63,802 nucleotides of DNA, filler included, from Licmophora abbreviata (GCA_900291995.1; 20 parts of 20 records of this genome joined end to end with filler, not necessarily neighbours in it); one strand, 5' to 3'; numbered from the whole stretch's first letter, positions 1-10,634 are shown. A program made the numbers and translations. Notes: generated from the sequence alone by a model not told the origin.

Positions 1-401
1 GGATCGGAGGGCTGCGGCAGAAAGCCGAGTTTCATCACCGGATAGAAGGCCCGCGTGCCGGGCACGGCGATCCGCAGATCGCAGGCCAGTGCCATGCCCA
101 TGGCGCCGCCCGCGACCGTGCCGTTGAGGGCGGCGATGGACAGGCCCGGAAATCCCGCGATCGCGGAGCTGAGCCGTTCCCAAACCGCCGATGTGGCGAG
201 CCCGGCACGCGCCGCCTCAAGATCGGCGCCTGCCGAAAAGACCGGGCCTACGCCTGTCAGGATCAGCATGCGGGCCTCCTTGCGGGCGGCTTCGGCGATG
301 CGGGCCAGTTCGGTCAGCATCTCTTCGGTCAGGGAATTGGCCTTTTCGGGCCGGTCGATCGTGGCTGTCCAGACGCCGCCATCCTGCTCCAGCCGGATCA
401 T
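1..401 (-). CDS. Enoyl-CoA hydratase/isomerase (crotonase) family protein, 3' end runs off window
   Basis: Hand translation MIRLEQDGGVWTATIDRPEKANSL...FSAGADL...IAALNGTVAGGAMGMALACDLRIA; start overlaps the SDR stop (ATGA). Confidence 0.85.
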   Translation of the reverse strand, partial: MIRLEQDGGVWTATIDRPEKANSLTEEMLTELARIAEAARKEARMLILTGVGPVFSAGADLEAARAGLATSAVWERLSSAIAGFPGLSIAALNGTVAGGAMGMALACDLRIAVPGTRAFYPVMKLGFLPQPSD

Positions 402-1147
402 GCGAGGCCCACCTGACGGCGCATTTCGGGATCGCGCAGGGAAATTTCCTGCCCCAGATGCGCATCGGCCTGCGCGGTGCACATCCAGACAAGGGCGCGG
501 GCGGGCCAGTCGGGGGGGATATGGTCGGACCAGTCCAGCTGGCTGATCGGATTGACGCCGCTGGCCTTGATCTCGTGCTGCATCTGCGTGGCGACGGTGC
601 CGGGCGAGAGGCTCATGACCCGCAGGCCGTGCGCGGCTCCTTCGAGATGGGCGCAGTGTGTCAGCATCAGGGCCCCGGCCTTGGAGGCGCAATAGTGGCT
701 CCAGCCTTCCAGAGGGTTGTACGCGGCCCCAGATCCGACGGTCAGGATCGTACCGCTGCCCTGACTCATCATGATGGGCATTGCAGCGCGCATCCCGTGG
801 AACACGCCTTTGAGGTTGATGTCGATGGCGTTGCCCCAGCCCTCGGGGTCGGCTGAGGGCAGATGCGATATCGGGTCGATAACGCCGGCATTGCCCACCA
901 GGATATCGAGCCGTCCGAACGCCGCGATGGTGGTGGCGACGGCGGCTTCGACCTGCGTGTAGCGGGTGACGTCGCAGGGGATGGCGATGGCGGCGCTGCC
1001 GATCTCTTCTGCGAGCGCGGCGATGGCGTCGCTGTTGCGCGCGGCAAGGGCGACATTCGCGCCGGCGCTGGCGAAGGCATGGGCCGCCGCCTCTCCGATG
1101 CCGCGGCTTGCGCCGGTGATCAGAACTGTTTTGCCTGTCAGGTCCAT
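398..1147 (-). CDS. Short-chain dehydrogenase/reductase (SDR)
   Basis: TGASRGIG Rossmann motif, NAG, YxxxK (YCASK); GGGAG RBS before ATG 1147. Confidence 0.9.
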   Translation of the reverse strand: MDLTGKTVLITGASRGIGEAAAHAFASAGANVALAARNSDAIAALAEEIGSAAIAIPCDVTRYTQVEAAVATTIAAFGRLDILVGNAGVIDPISHLPSADPEGWGNAIDINLKGVFHGMRAAMPIMMSQGSGTILTVGSGAAYNPLEGWSHYCASKAGALMLTHCAHLEGAAHGLRVMSLSPGTVATQMQHEIKASGVNPISQLDWSDHIPPDWPARALVWMCTAQADAHLGQEISLRDPEMRRQVGLA

Positions 1148-1263
1148 GCCGTCTCCCCCTTGGTCCGGATGGTCTCTGTGGTACCCTGCGGTTTTGGCGG
1201 GGTCCAGCCAGAACTCCCCTTGACCCAAGGGGCACAAGCGCGGAAGCTGACGGCAAATTTGGT

Positions 1264-2857
1264 ATGAAAGGGTTCGTGATGACGGTCCGTAGAACTTTGG
1301 CCACCTCAACGGTGGCGCTTTGCATTTCGATAACGGGGGCGCCGCTTTGGGCGGATGTTTCGCCGCAGCAGGTCTGGGATGATTGGCAGGCCTATTTCGA
1401 GGGGCTGGGCTATCAGCTGGAGGCGAGCGAATCGCAATCCGGCGGTGATCTGGTGATTTCGGACATGACGATGTCCGTCGATGTGCCCGAAGAGGGGGCC
1501 AGTGCCTCGATGAGCATTTCCGAGCTGGTTCTGGCCGATAATGGCGATGGAACGGTGACGGTCTCGTTCCCGGCCAACATGCCGCTGCGCATGATGGGCC
1601 GTGACGATGAAGGGCAAGAGGTTCAGACGGTGCTGGATGTCAGCAACGAAGGGCTTGTGATGACCGTCGCGGGGGATCCGGATGATCTGACCTACAGCTA
1701 TGCGGCGGCCCGGCTGACCATGGCGCTGGATGAGATCGTGGCGGATGGGACCCCGGTCGAGTTCGGCGATGCAAGCATGACCATCGCCAATCTCGCAGGC
1801 ACGACCACGATGACCATGGCCGCGCTGCGCGACACGACACAGGATTTCTCGGCGGGGCCGGTGAGCTATGATCTCGACATCATCGATCCCGAGACCGGCG
1901 GGCGCATGGTGGCCAAGGGCGGCTATGAGAGCATCGCCTTCAAGGGCGACACCAAGATCCCGCTTGAGGTGAGAGGGTCGGACATGGCGGGCATGCTGAG
2001 GGACGGGTTTGCGCTGGATGGCGGGTTTACCTTCGCGGCGGGGTCGTCGGAGTTTTCCTTTGAAGAAGACGACCAGACGCTGGAGGGGAGCACCGCGTCA
2101 CGCGGCGGTCAGNNNNNNNNNNNNNNNNNNNNNNNNNNNNNNNNNNNNNNNNNNNNTTAATTAATTAANNNNNNNNNNNNNNNNNNNNNNNNNNNNNNNN
2201 NNNNNNNNNNNNGCCGAGGGGATGGAGCTCAACATGCAGACCAGCGATCTGCCCTTCCCGGTCGCGTTCGCGACCGAGACCTTCGGGCTGGACCTTATGT
2301 TCCCGGTGCTGGAAAGCGAGGAGGCGCAGGATTTCGCCGCGCGGTTCACGCTGTCGGAGTTCACCATGTCCGAGATGATCTGGGCGATGTTCGATCCGGG
2401 CGCGCAATTGCCGCGCGATCCGGCGACCGTGGCGTTCGACCTTGCGGGCACGGCGCGGCTGTTCTTCGATCTGCTGGATCCCGAACAGGCCGAGGCGATG
2501 GACGACGGTGATGCGGTGCCGGCAGAGCTTGAGACGCTGGCGCTGAATTCCCTGACCGTGCGGCTTGCCGGGGCGGAACTGACCGGCGAGGGGGCGTTCA
2601 CCTTCGACAATACCGACCTCGAGACATTCGACGGGATGCCTGCGCCGACCGGCACGCTGGACCTGCGGCTGGTGGGGGGCAATGCGCTGCTGGACAAGCT
2701 GGTCGCGATGGGGTTGGTCCCGCAGGATCAGGCCAGCGGGATGCGGATGATGATGGGCCTTTTCGCGCGGCCCGGTGGTGGCGAGGACGATCTGGTTTCG
2801 ACCATCGAGGTCAATGAGGAGGGCCATGTTCTGGCCAATGGCCAGCGTATTCAGTAG
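1264..2857 (+). CDS. DUF2125-like exported protein, split by linker 2113-2212
   Basis: Signal peptide, acidic beta-rich body, C-terminal 'IEVNEEGHVLANGQRIQ' typical of roseobacter DUF2125 proteins (from memory). Confidence 0.65.
2113..2212. other. Artificial contig linker N44-TTAATTAATTAA-N44. First of 19; others start at 8757, 10665, 12882, 19658, 25215, 28361, 29896, 34240, 36602, 38447, 41478, 43176, 45609, 48710, 51856, 56451, 58444, 60209
   Basis: Identical 100-nt structure each time with six-frame stops; genes are cut mid-frame. Confidence 0.98.
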
Positions 2858-2910
2858 CGGCGAAGGCGAGGTTCGACGCGGGGACGTTTCCCGCCGCCAT
2901 ATGACCGGAC

Positions 2911-2943
2911 AACAGCCCCCGCAGGGATTGAGGGGGCTGTTTT
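2911..2943 (+). terminator. Probable rho-independent terminator after DUF2125 gene
   Basis: AACAGCCCCC...GGGGGCTGTT stem followed by TTT. Confidence 0.5.
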
Positions 2944-3117
2944 GGTATGGTGGGTGTGGTGGCGGTTCTGGTGGGTTTGGGGGCGGCATTCTGCGTTTCG
3001 GGCAGCCCTGTGCCGCAAGGGGCCTTTGCGGTGGGGGACCAGTGGGAACAGGGGTAGGTGGCCGAGAGCGGAGGCTCCTGCTTGAAGCAGCGAAGGGCAG
3101 GTTCAGAAGCTTTGAGC

Positions 3118-3234
3118 CTGAAGCGTTCCGCCTTTAACCTGAGGCATCAGCGACAGGCGGAACGCGTGCAACGATTGAACGGAGCACTGCATTTCGCGAA
3201 AATCTGTCATTCAGGTTTTTCGCGAAACGCTTTA
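3118..3234 (+). repeat. 117-bp double-hairpin intergenic repeat, copy 1 (RIME/CIR-like)
   Basis: Near-identical to 53372-53488; hairpins GCGTTCCGCCT/AGGCGGAACGC and TTTCGCGAAAA/TTTTCGCGAAA. Confidence 0.85.
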
Positions 3235-3245
3235 GCAGAGTGCCG

Positions 3246-4508
3246 CTAGCGTTCTGGCTCGGACCAGTCGGACTCAGGTAAATTGCGACGTTGCAACCGA
3301 AGTGCGAGGCCAAGGATCACACCAACACCAATCGCTACTGTCAGATCGGCGAGGACCGTCAGGATCATCGTCAGAAAGAGCAGAAATATGTCTGACTTGC
3401 GTTCCGTCAGGTAGCCCCTCCATTTATGTGGCTCGCTCATGTTCCAAGCCGTCAGGATCAGGAGCCCGGCCAAAGCAGGCATGGCCATGTAGCCGACCAG
3501 TCCCGACGCGAGCGCCATCACAATCAAAATAGTCACCGCATGGATAAGTCCGGAGACCGGAGTTTTGCCTCCGGCCCGAATGTTCGTGGCTGTTCTGGCG
3601 ATGGCTCCCGTCGCCGGAATGCCGCCAAACAACGACGCTCCGATATTCGCCGCACCCTGTGCCAGCAGCTCAGCGTTGGGGCGGTGACGACCGGAAATCA
3701 TACGATCCGCTACCATGGCGGAAAGCAAGGACTCGACTCCCGCCAGAAAGGCGATGACCAGCGCTGAAGGTAGCAATTCCAAGATCCGTGCCGAACTGAC
3801 CTTTGGTAATTCGGGCCATGGCAGCGTGCTCGAAAGCGCACCAAACCGCGAACTGATCGTTTCGACCGGAAGGCCCGCAACCGACACAACGGCGGACGTG
3901 ATGGCAACCGCGACAATCAATCCGGGCAATTTTGGTGCGGCGCGGCGGAAAAGAACAATCAGAACCATTGTCGCAAGACCAATCAGGCCGGACGCCAAGG
4001 AAAACGTTGGCCGGGCTGACCAGAGCGCGTCTAGCTTGGCAAGAAACTCTGCAGGAACCTCGGCGAGCGAGAGGCCAAGTAGGTCCTTGAGTTGGCTGGT
4101 CGCAATTATGATGGCAATTCCGATGGTGAACCCATTGATGACCGGCTCGGGAACCAGCCGAATGAGGTTTCCCGCTCGGAAGTATCCGCCCAAGAGCAGG
4201 ATCAGCCCCGCCATGAACGTGGCGATGACAAGGCCGTCATAGCCGTGCTCGGCGATCACGCCGAAGACAACGACAATGAACGCACCAGTTGGCCCACCAA
4301 TCTGAACCCGGCTGCCACCAAGAAGCGAGATCAAGAAACCGGCGACGATTGCAGTCACAAGCCCTTTGGCCGGTTCAGCGCCCGATGCGATGGCGATGGC
4401 GAGACTGAGCGGCAGAGCGACCATAGCAACCGTCACGCCCGCTATTGCATCCTGCATGAACAGGGCTCGTGTATATCCGGGTAACGTCGTGAGAATCTTG
4501 GGCTTCAT
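3246..4508 (-). CDS. SulP/SLC26 family inorganic anion transporter lacking the STAS domain
   Basis: DAIAGVTVAMVALPLSLAIAIASG, GGSRVQIGGPTGAF, ESLLSAMVAD, TGAIART motifs; ends about 17 aa after the last TM helix. Confidence 0.9.
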   Translation of the reverse strand: MKPKILTTLPGYTRALFMQDAIAGVTVAMVALPLSLAIAIASGAEPAKGLVTAIVAGFLISLLGGSRVQIGGPTGAFIVVVFGVIAEHGYDGLVIATFMAGLILLLGGYFRAGNLIRLVPEPVINGFTIGIAIIIATSQLKDLLGLSLAEVPAEFLAKLDALWSARPTFSLASGLIGLATMVLIVLFRRAAPKLPGLIVAVAITSAVVSVAGLPVETISSRFGALSSTLPWPELPKVSSARILELLPSALVIAFLAGVESLLSAMVADRMISGRHRPNAELLAQGAANIGASLFGGIPATGAIARTATNIRAGGKTPVSGLIHAVTILIVMALASGLVGYMAMPALAGLLILTAWNMSEPHKWRGYLTERKSDIFLLFLTMILTVLADLTVAIGVGVILGLALRLQRRNLPESDWSEPER

Positions 4509-4686
4509 ATCCAGACACTAGAACGATGCGTTGCTGCTGTCATTTCGATAGCTGCCATTGACCAAAACGACGCATTGGACAGCTTTGCCCCGCATCAAGG
4601 ACGCCGGTGCAGGTTGCCGCCAACGACCGCGCCCACTTATCCTGAATACGCCAGAGCAAAGGGTCAACCATGCGATGCAGGCGGGC

Positions 4687-4738
4687 GCCCGGAGGGCGGG
4701 GTTGCGGTGTACAGGACCACGTCCAACCATCCACGGGC
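4687..4738 (-). ncRNA. Candidate sul1 RNA motif (orphan riboswitch candidate) in the SulP leader
   Basis: GCCCGUGGAUGGUUGGACGUGGUCCUGUACACCGCAACCCCGCCCUCCGGGC: nested stems GCCCG/CGGGC and GGUUG/CAACC, about 180 nt 5' of an alphaproteobacterial SulP gene. Confidence 0.55.
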
Positions 4739-4836
4739 AGGCCAGCCAAGCCGGTTATCCCGGCTATTTTGACAGACAGCGCACTTGCAGGGGGGCAGGG
4801 CAGGGGCTACCTGTTGCGCGCATTCAGGAGACAGAC

Positions 4837-6183
4837 ATGACCCAGGCCCTCGACAAGCTGACAGATGCCGTTCTTGCCGCCGCCCGAAAGGCGGGTGCCG
4901 AGGCGGCCGACGCCATCGCCATCGAGGGACGCTCGGTCACCATCGACATGCGGGGCGGCACCCTTGAGCAGGCAGAGCGCGCCGAGGGCATAGATATCGG
5001 CCTGCGCGTGCTGATGGGGCGGCGTCAGGCCTGTGTGTCGGTGTCGGATGCGCGGCCCGAAACGTTGGCGGCGCTGGCGGAACGTGCAGTGGCCATGGCG
5101 CGCGAGGCGCCGGAAGACCCCTATATCGGTCTCGCCGATCCTGGCCAGCTTGCCACGCCAAGGGATGCCGAGGGGCTTGAGCTGTGCGATCCCACGCCCG
5201 AGCCCACGCCCGAGGCGCTGCAGGAAGATGCGCGCGCCGCCGAGGCCGCGGCCTTGGCGGTCAAAGGGGTCAGCCAGGTGCAATCGGCAAGTGCCGGTTA
5301 TAGCTGGCGGGCGGTGCATATGGCGGCCACCAACGGTTTTGCCGGGGGATATGAGCGGACGGATCGCGGCTTGTCCTGTGTGGCGATCGCGGGCGAAGGC
5401 ACCGGCATGGAGCGCGAGTATGACGGCGACAGCCGCATCTTTCAGGCCGACCTGCGCAGCGCCGACGAGATCGGCAGGACTGCCGGGGAGCGCGCGATTG
5501 CCGCGCTCAACCCGCGAAGGCCGCGCACGGGGGCATATCCCGTGCTCTTTGACGAGCGGATTTCATCGTCGCTCATCGGGCATCTGCTGATGGCGGCCAA
5601 TGGGGCGGCGATTTCGCGGGGATCTTCATGGCTGCTGAACCGGCTGGGGGATCAGGTCTTGCCGGAGGGGATGTCGCTGATTGAAGATCCGCATCGGGTG
5701 CGGGCGATGAATTCGCGCCCCTTCGATGCCGAGGGACTGCCGACGCAGCGGCGCGCCTTGGTGGACAAGGGCGTTCTTACGGGCTGGTCGCTGGATCTGG
5801 CCAATGCGCGCAAGCTGGGGATGGCGCCCACGGGCAATGCCAAGCGCGGCGCCTCGTCGCCGCCAAGCCCCGGCACATGGAACATGGAGCTTACCCAAGG
5901 GGACCGGAGCCGGGAGGCGTTGATCGCCGAGATGGGCACGGGGCTTTTGGTGACGTCGATGATCGGCTCGACCATCAACCCCAACACAGGCGATTATTCG
6001 CGCGGCGCGTCGGGCTTCTGGGTCGAGAATGGCGAAATCACCGGCCCGGTCAATGAATGCACCATCGCGGGCAGTTTGCCCGAGATGCTGCGGCGGATGA
6101 TTGCGGCCAATGATGCGCGTCCGTGGCTGAGCCGGGTGGTGCCGTCGCTTCTGATCGAGGGGCTGACGATTGCCGGCGAGTGA
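4837..6183 (+). CDS. pmbA: TldD/PmbA family protein (PmbA/TldE-like)
   Basis: AGGAG RBS; IGLRV, RPFDAEG, TGNAKRG, NPNTGDYSRGASGFWVENGEI motifs. Confidence 0.85.
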   Translation: MTQALDKLTDAVLAAARKAGAEAADAIAIEGRSVTIDMRGGTLEQAERAEGIDIGLRVLMGRRQACVSVSDARPETLAALAERAVAMAREAPEDPYIGLADPGQLATPRDAEGLELCDPTPEPTPEALQEDARAAEAAALAVKGVSQVQSASAGYSWRAVHMAATNGFAGGYERTDRGLSCVAIAGEGTGMEREYDGDSRIFQADLRSADEIGRTAGERAIAALNPRRPRTGAYPVLFDERISSSLIGHLLMAANGAAISRGSSWLLNRLGDQVLPEGMSLIEDPHRVRAMNSRPFDAEGLPTQRRALVDKGVLTGWSLDLANARKLGMAPTGNAKRGASSPPSPGTWNMELTQGDRSREALIAEMGTGLLVTSMIGSTINPNTGDYSRGASGFWVENGEITGPVNECTIAGSLPEMLRRMIAANDARPWLSRVVPSLLIEGLTIAGE

Positions 6184-6949
6184 TCTTGGGCTTCTGATCG
6201 ATGCGGCCCGCGCGGCGGGCGATGTGGCGATGGGCTTTGCGGGGCCGCAGGCGAAACGCTGGGACAAGCCCGGCGGCTTGGGTCCGGTGACCGAGGCCGA
6301 CATGGCGGTGAACGCGCTGCTGGAAGAGCGGCTGCGCGCGGCGCGTCCCGGATATGGCTGGCTGTCGGAGGAAACCGAGGACGATTCCGCGCGGCTGAGT
6401 GCCGAACGGGTGTTCATCGTCGATCCCATTGATGGCACGCGCAGTTTCATCGAAGGCTCGGGCACCTGGGCGCATGCGATCGCGGTGGCCGAGAGGGGGC
6501 GGGTGACGGCGGCGGTCGTGTACCTGCCGGCGCGCGGCAAGATGTATGTTGCCGCCGAAGGGCAGGGGGCGTTGCTGAACGACATGCCGATCCGCGTTAC
6601 CGCACGCAACGATCTGACCGGGGCCACGTTGCTGGCGGCCAAGCCGAATTACGCGCCCGAGCACTGGCCAGGCGGTGTGCCGGATGTGAAGCGCGCCTAT
6701 CGTCCGTCGCTGGCTTACCGGCTGAGCCTTGTGGCCGAGGGACGCTATGACGCGATGCTGACGTTGAGGCCCAGTTGGGAATGGGATATCGCCGCCGGGG
6801 AGTTGATCCTGCGCGAGGCGGGGGCGCGCACCTCGGATCGCGAGGCGCTGCCGTTGCGCTTCAACAACCGGGTGCCGCAGGTCAATGGCGTGGTCGCGGC
6901 CAATCCGCGCCTGCACGAGGCGATCGCCGAGGCGCTGGCGCCGGTCTGA
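6170..6949 (+). CDS. Inositol monophosphatase / CysQ family phosphatase
   Basis: VTEAD, LSEE, IVDPIDGTRSF, WEWDIAAG motifs. Confidence 0.9.
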   Translation: MPASDLGLLIDAARAAGDVAMGFAGPQAKRWDKPGGLGPVTEADMAVNALLEERLRAARPGYGWLSEETEDDSARLSAERVFIVDPIDGTRSFIEGSGTWAHAIAVAERGRVTAAVVYLPARGKMYVAAEGQGALLNDMPIRVTARNDLTGATLLAAKPNYAPEHWPGGVPDVKRAYRPSLAYRLSLVAEGRYDAMLTLRPSWEWDIAAGELILREAGARTSDREALPLRFNNRVPQVNGVVAANPRLHEAIAEALAPV

Positions 6950-7046
6950 CGGGTGCAAACAAGCCGCGAGGCGCCGCATCTGCCCCTTGTCGGTCGCGGC
7001 GTTCCGGGTCTACATCTTGGCGAAGACCTTTGTGAAAGCCGCGCGA

Positions 7047-7949
7047 ATGCCACGATCCGACAATTTGACCGGGGCGGTCCTGATGATGGCCTCGATGGCG
7101 GCGTTCACCATCAACGACACCTTCATGAAAGCGTTGGCGGGGGAGGTTCCCCTGTTCCAGCTGTTGTTTCTGCGCGGGGTGCTGACCACCCTTGCAGTGG
7201 GTGGCATCGCCTGGTGGATGGGCGCCTTTCGCGCAAGGCTATCGCGCCGGGACACGGGCAGCATCGTGCTGCGCATCGTGGGCGAGATCGGGGCGGCGTA
7301 TTTCTTCCTGACCGCGCTGTTCAATATGCCGCTGGCCAATGTCACTGCGATCCTGCAGGCGATTCCGCTGACCATCACGCTGGCCGCGGCGCTGTTTTTC
7401 GGCGACCCGGTCGGGTGGCGGCGGCTGTCGGCGATCCTTGTCGGTTTCGTGGGCGTGATGCTGATCGTGCGGCCCGGCGCCGACGATTTCACGATCTATT
7501 CCTTTTATGCGCTGGCAGCGGTGGGTTTCGTCACCTTGCGCGATCTTGCCACAAGAAGGCTGGCGCGCGAGACGCCGTCGATGCTTGTGACGTTCATCAC
7601 CTCGGGGTCGATCATGGTCTTTTTCGGATTGGCCAACCTGACCGGAGACTGGGTGCCGATGGACCTGCGCGCCAGTGTCCTGACCATGGGCGCGTCGGTG
7701 ATGATCATCGGCGGCTATCTGTGTTCGATCATGGTGATGCGCGTGGGCGAGATCAGCTTCATCGCGCCGTTTCGCTATACCGGGCTGATCTGGGCGTTGG
7801 TGCTGGGGTGGCTGGTCTTCGATGAATGGCCCGAACCGATCACGCTTGTGGGCGCTGCGATCGTGGTGGGATCGGGGTTGTTCATGCTTTATCGCGAAGC
7901 GCAGCTTGGCCGGAAAAGACGGTTTTCACCTGTGCCTCGTCCACGTTGA
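7047..7949 (+). CDS. DMT/EamA family transporter
   Basis: About 10 TM helices, VGFVGVMLIVRPG, IAPFRYTGLIWA. Confidence 0.85.
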   Translation: MPRSDNLTGAVLMMASMAAFTINDTFMKALAGEVPLFQLLFLRGVLTTLAVGGIAWWMGAFRARLSRRDTGSIVLRIVGEIGAAYFFLTALFNMPLANVTAILQAIPLTITLAAALFFGDPVGWRRLSAILVGFVGVMLIVRPGADDFTIYSFYALAAVGFVTLRDLATRRLARETPSMLVTFITSGSIMVFFGLANLTGDWVPMDLRASVLTMGASVMIIGGYLCSIMVMRVGEISFIAPFRYTGLIWALVLGWLVFDEWPEPITLVGAAIVVGSGLFMLYREAQLGRKRRFSPVPRPR

Positions 7950-8700
7950 AACGGGCCTTGAGATCGGCGCTTTCGGCCGCGGTCAAGGGTTTCATGCGGG
8001 TGTCGGTGGCGCCGGAATCGTTGTCGTCGTGCAAGGCGCGAATGAACATGGGCGTCGAGGGCTCGATCAGGGTGGGCATCACCTCGTGCAGCTTGTGATG
8101 GGCGTAGTTCATCACCGTCTTGGGATCGCCCGGACGGAACAGCACGGCCAGCCCACACGCCCAGAAAGGCGCCTGCACGGGGCGCGCGCTGATGCCGTCG
8201 GCGGAGAGCCGCGCGCTGTAGCCGCTGCGATATTCGATGGCCATGTTGCGCCAGCCCTCTCGCATCCGGGTGCTGCGCCGGGCGGTCCGGCGCAGGGCGC
8301 GGATGAAGTGGATGCCGACCGCATCGTCATCGTCCAGCCGGAACTGGATCGACTCGGTCTCGACGCCTGCCAGCTCTTCTTGCAGGACAAGCTGCATGGC
8401 CAGCCGGTGCTTCATCGGTGGACGGGCCACGATACGGATTTGCGGAACGGGTGCCGTCAGGTCGTGCAGCCGGTCGAGATAGGGTTTCGGCAGGCTCTCG
8501 CCGATCAAAACAAGAAACGTGAAATCCGGGTCGCGCTGTGCGGCGATCGAGGGAAGCGTGAGGGTTTCGAAATGCCTGAAGCGCAGTTCCATGCGGTCGG
8601 GCGCATAAAGATAGGCCTCGCGGTCCTCGATCGTGTCATGCATACGCTTGAACCCGCCAAGGGCAGGATAGGAAAACCGGCAGATACCCAGAACGCGCAT
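7882..8700 (-). CDS. Putative rhamnosyltransferase family protein
   Basis: GICRFSYP, RFRHFETLTLPSIAAQRDPDF, QFRLDDDDAV motifs; 68-nt convergent overlap with the DMT gene. Confidence 0.7.
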   Translation of the reverse strand: MRVLGICRFSYPALGGFKRMHDTIEDREAYLYAPDRMELRFRHFETLTLPSIAAQRDPDFTFLVLIGESLPKPYLDRLHDLTAPVPQIRIVARPPMKHRLAMQLVLQEELAGVETESIQFRLDDDDAVGIHFIRALRRTARRSTRMREGWRNMAIEYRSGYSARLSADGISARPVQAPFWACGLAVLFRPGDPKTVMNYAHHKLHEVMPTLIEPSTPMFIRALHDDNDSGATDTRMKPLTAAESADLKARFNVDEAQVKTVFSGQAALRDKA

Positions 8701-8856
8701 TGGACCAGACCACGCTTGACGCCATTTGTGTCATGCTGACAAATGCGGAGGACGGGNNNNNNNNNNNNNNNNNNNNNNNNNNNNNNNNNNNNNNNNNNNN
8801 TTAATTAATTAANNNNNNNNNNNNNNNNNNNNNNNNNNNNNNNNNNNNNNNNNNNN

Positions 8857-10571
8857 ATCGCTACAAGGTGCCGCGGATCGTGTTCGTCAACAAGATGGAC
8901 AAGATCGGCGCCGATTTCTTCAACTGCGTCGACATGATCGCCAGCCGCACCGGGGCCATCCCGGCCCCGATCCAGCTGCCCATCGGGGCCGAAGACAAGC
9001 TGGAAGGCATCATCGATCTGGTGACCATGAAGGAATGGGTGTGGAAGGGCGAAGACCTTGGCGCAAGCTGGGTCGTGCAGGACATCCGCGACGACATGAA
9101 AGAGCTGGCCGAGGAATGGCGCGGCAAGCTGATCGAGAACGCCGTCGAAATGGACGACGCCGCGATGGAAGCCTATCTGGAAGGCGAAGAGCCCGATGAG
9201 GCGACCCTGCGGTCGCTGATCCGCAAGGGCACGCTTTCTATGAGCTTCGTTCCGGTTCTGGCCGGGTCGGCCTTCAAAAACAAGGGTGTGCAGCCGCTGC
9301 TGAACGCGGTGATCGACTATCTGCCGGGTCCGCTTGACGTGCCGCCCTACATGGGCTTCTCGCCGGATGACGAAACCGAGACACGCAACATCGAGCGTCG
9401 CCCCGGTGACGATCAGCCGTTTGCCGGTCTGGCGTTCAAGATCATGAACGACCCGTTCGTGGGCACGCTGACCTTCACACGCATCTACTCGGGCCTGCTC
9501 GAGAAGGGTGCGGGCGTTCTGAACGCCACGAAGGGCCGCAAAGAGCGTATCGGTCGTATGATGATGATGCACTCGAACTCGCGCGAAGAGATCGATTGGG
9601 CGGGGTCGGGCGATATCATCGCTCTGGCCGGTCTGAAAGAAACGACCACGGGTGACACGCTGTGTGATCCGCAGAAACCGGTCGTTCTGGAAACCATGAC
9701 CTTCCCCGATCCGGTCATCGAGATCGCGATCGAGCCGAAGACCAAGAACGACCAGGAGAAAATGAGCCAAGGTCTCCAGCGGCTTGCCGCCGAGGATCCG
9801 TCCTTCCGCGTCGAAACCGATCTGGAATCGGGTCAGACGATCATGAAGGGCATGGGCGAACTTCACCTCGACATCCTGGTTGACCGTCTTAAGCGGGAAT
9901 TCAAGGTCGAAGCCAATATCGGCGCGCCGCAGGTGGCTTACCGCGAGACCATCGGTCACGAGATCGAGCATACCTATACCCACAAGAAACAGTCGGGTGG
10001 TTCGGGTCAGTTCGCCGAGGTGAAGATGGTTATCTCGCCGACAGAGCCGGGCGAAGGCTACAGCTTTGAGTCGCGCATCGTCGGTGGGTCGGTTCCCAAG
10101 GAATACGTCCCCGGCGTCGAGAAGGGTATCGACAGCGTCATGGATAGCGGCCCTCTGGCCGGCTTCCCGGTGATCGACTTCAAGGTTGCCCTTATCGACG
10201 GTAAGTTCCACGACGTGGACTCCTCGGTCATGGCCTTTGAAATCGCGGCCCGGATGTGCATGCGCGAAGGTCTGAAGAAGGCCGGTGCGAAACTGCTCGA
10301 GCCGATCATGAAGGTCGAGGTGGTGACGCCCGAGGAATACACCGGCAGCATCATCGGCGATCTGACGTCTCGTCGCGGTCAGGTCTCGGGTCAGCAGACC
10401 CGCGGCAACGCGATCGTGATCGACGCCAATGTGCCGCTGGCCAACATGTTCGGCTATATCAACACGCTGCGCTCGATGTCGTCGGGCCGGGCCCAGTTCA
10501 CGATGCTGTTCTCGCATTACGAACCGGTGCCGCAGAACATCAGCGAAGAGATCCAGTCGAAATACGCATAA
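8857..10571 (+). CDS. fusA: Elongation factor G (5' truncated)
   Basis: [34 protein letters not shown]. Confidence 0.98.
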
Positions 10572-10574
10572 GAA

Positions 10575-10634
10575 GCGGTGCGGGGACGCCCCCGCACCCT
10601 ACTCACCCGTAGGGTGCGTGCCAGCACGCACCGC
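10575..10634. repeat. Inverted pair of GTAG-type REP palindromes
   Basis: GTAGGGTGCGTGCCAGCACGCACC on + (10609) and GTAGGGTGCGGGGGCGTCCCCGCACC on - (from 10602), 6 nt apart. Confidence 0.6.

Noticed and set aside
2944..3060. G/T-rich stretch as a G-quadruplex or small ORF
   Set aside because: Irregular G runs and no credible RBS or product; cannot be supported
8805..10517. Long antisense ORFs over fusA, and similarly over rpoA, carB, rimO and ribosomal genes
   Set aside because: Shadow ORFs caused by high GC3 codon bias; the opposite strand encodes conserved proteins
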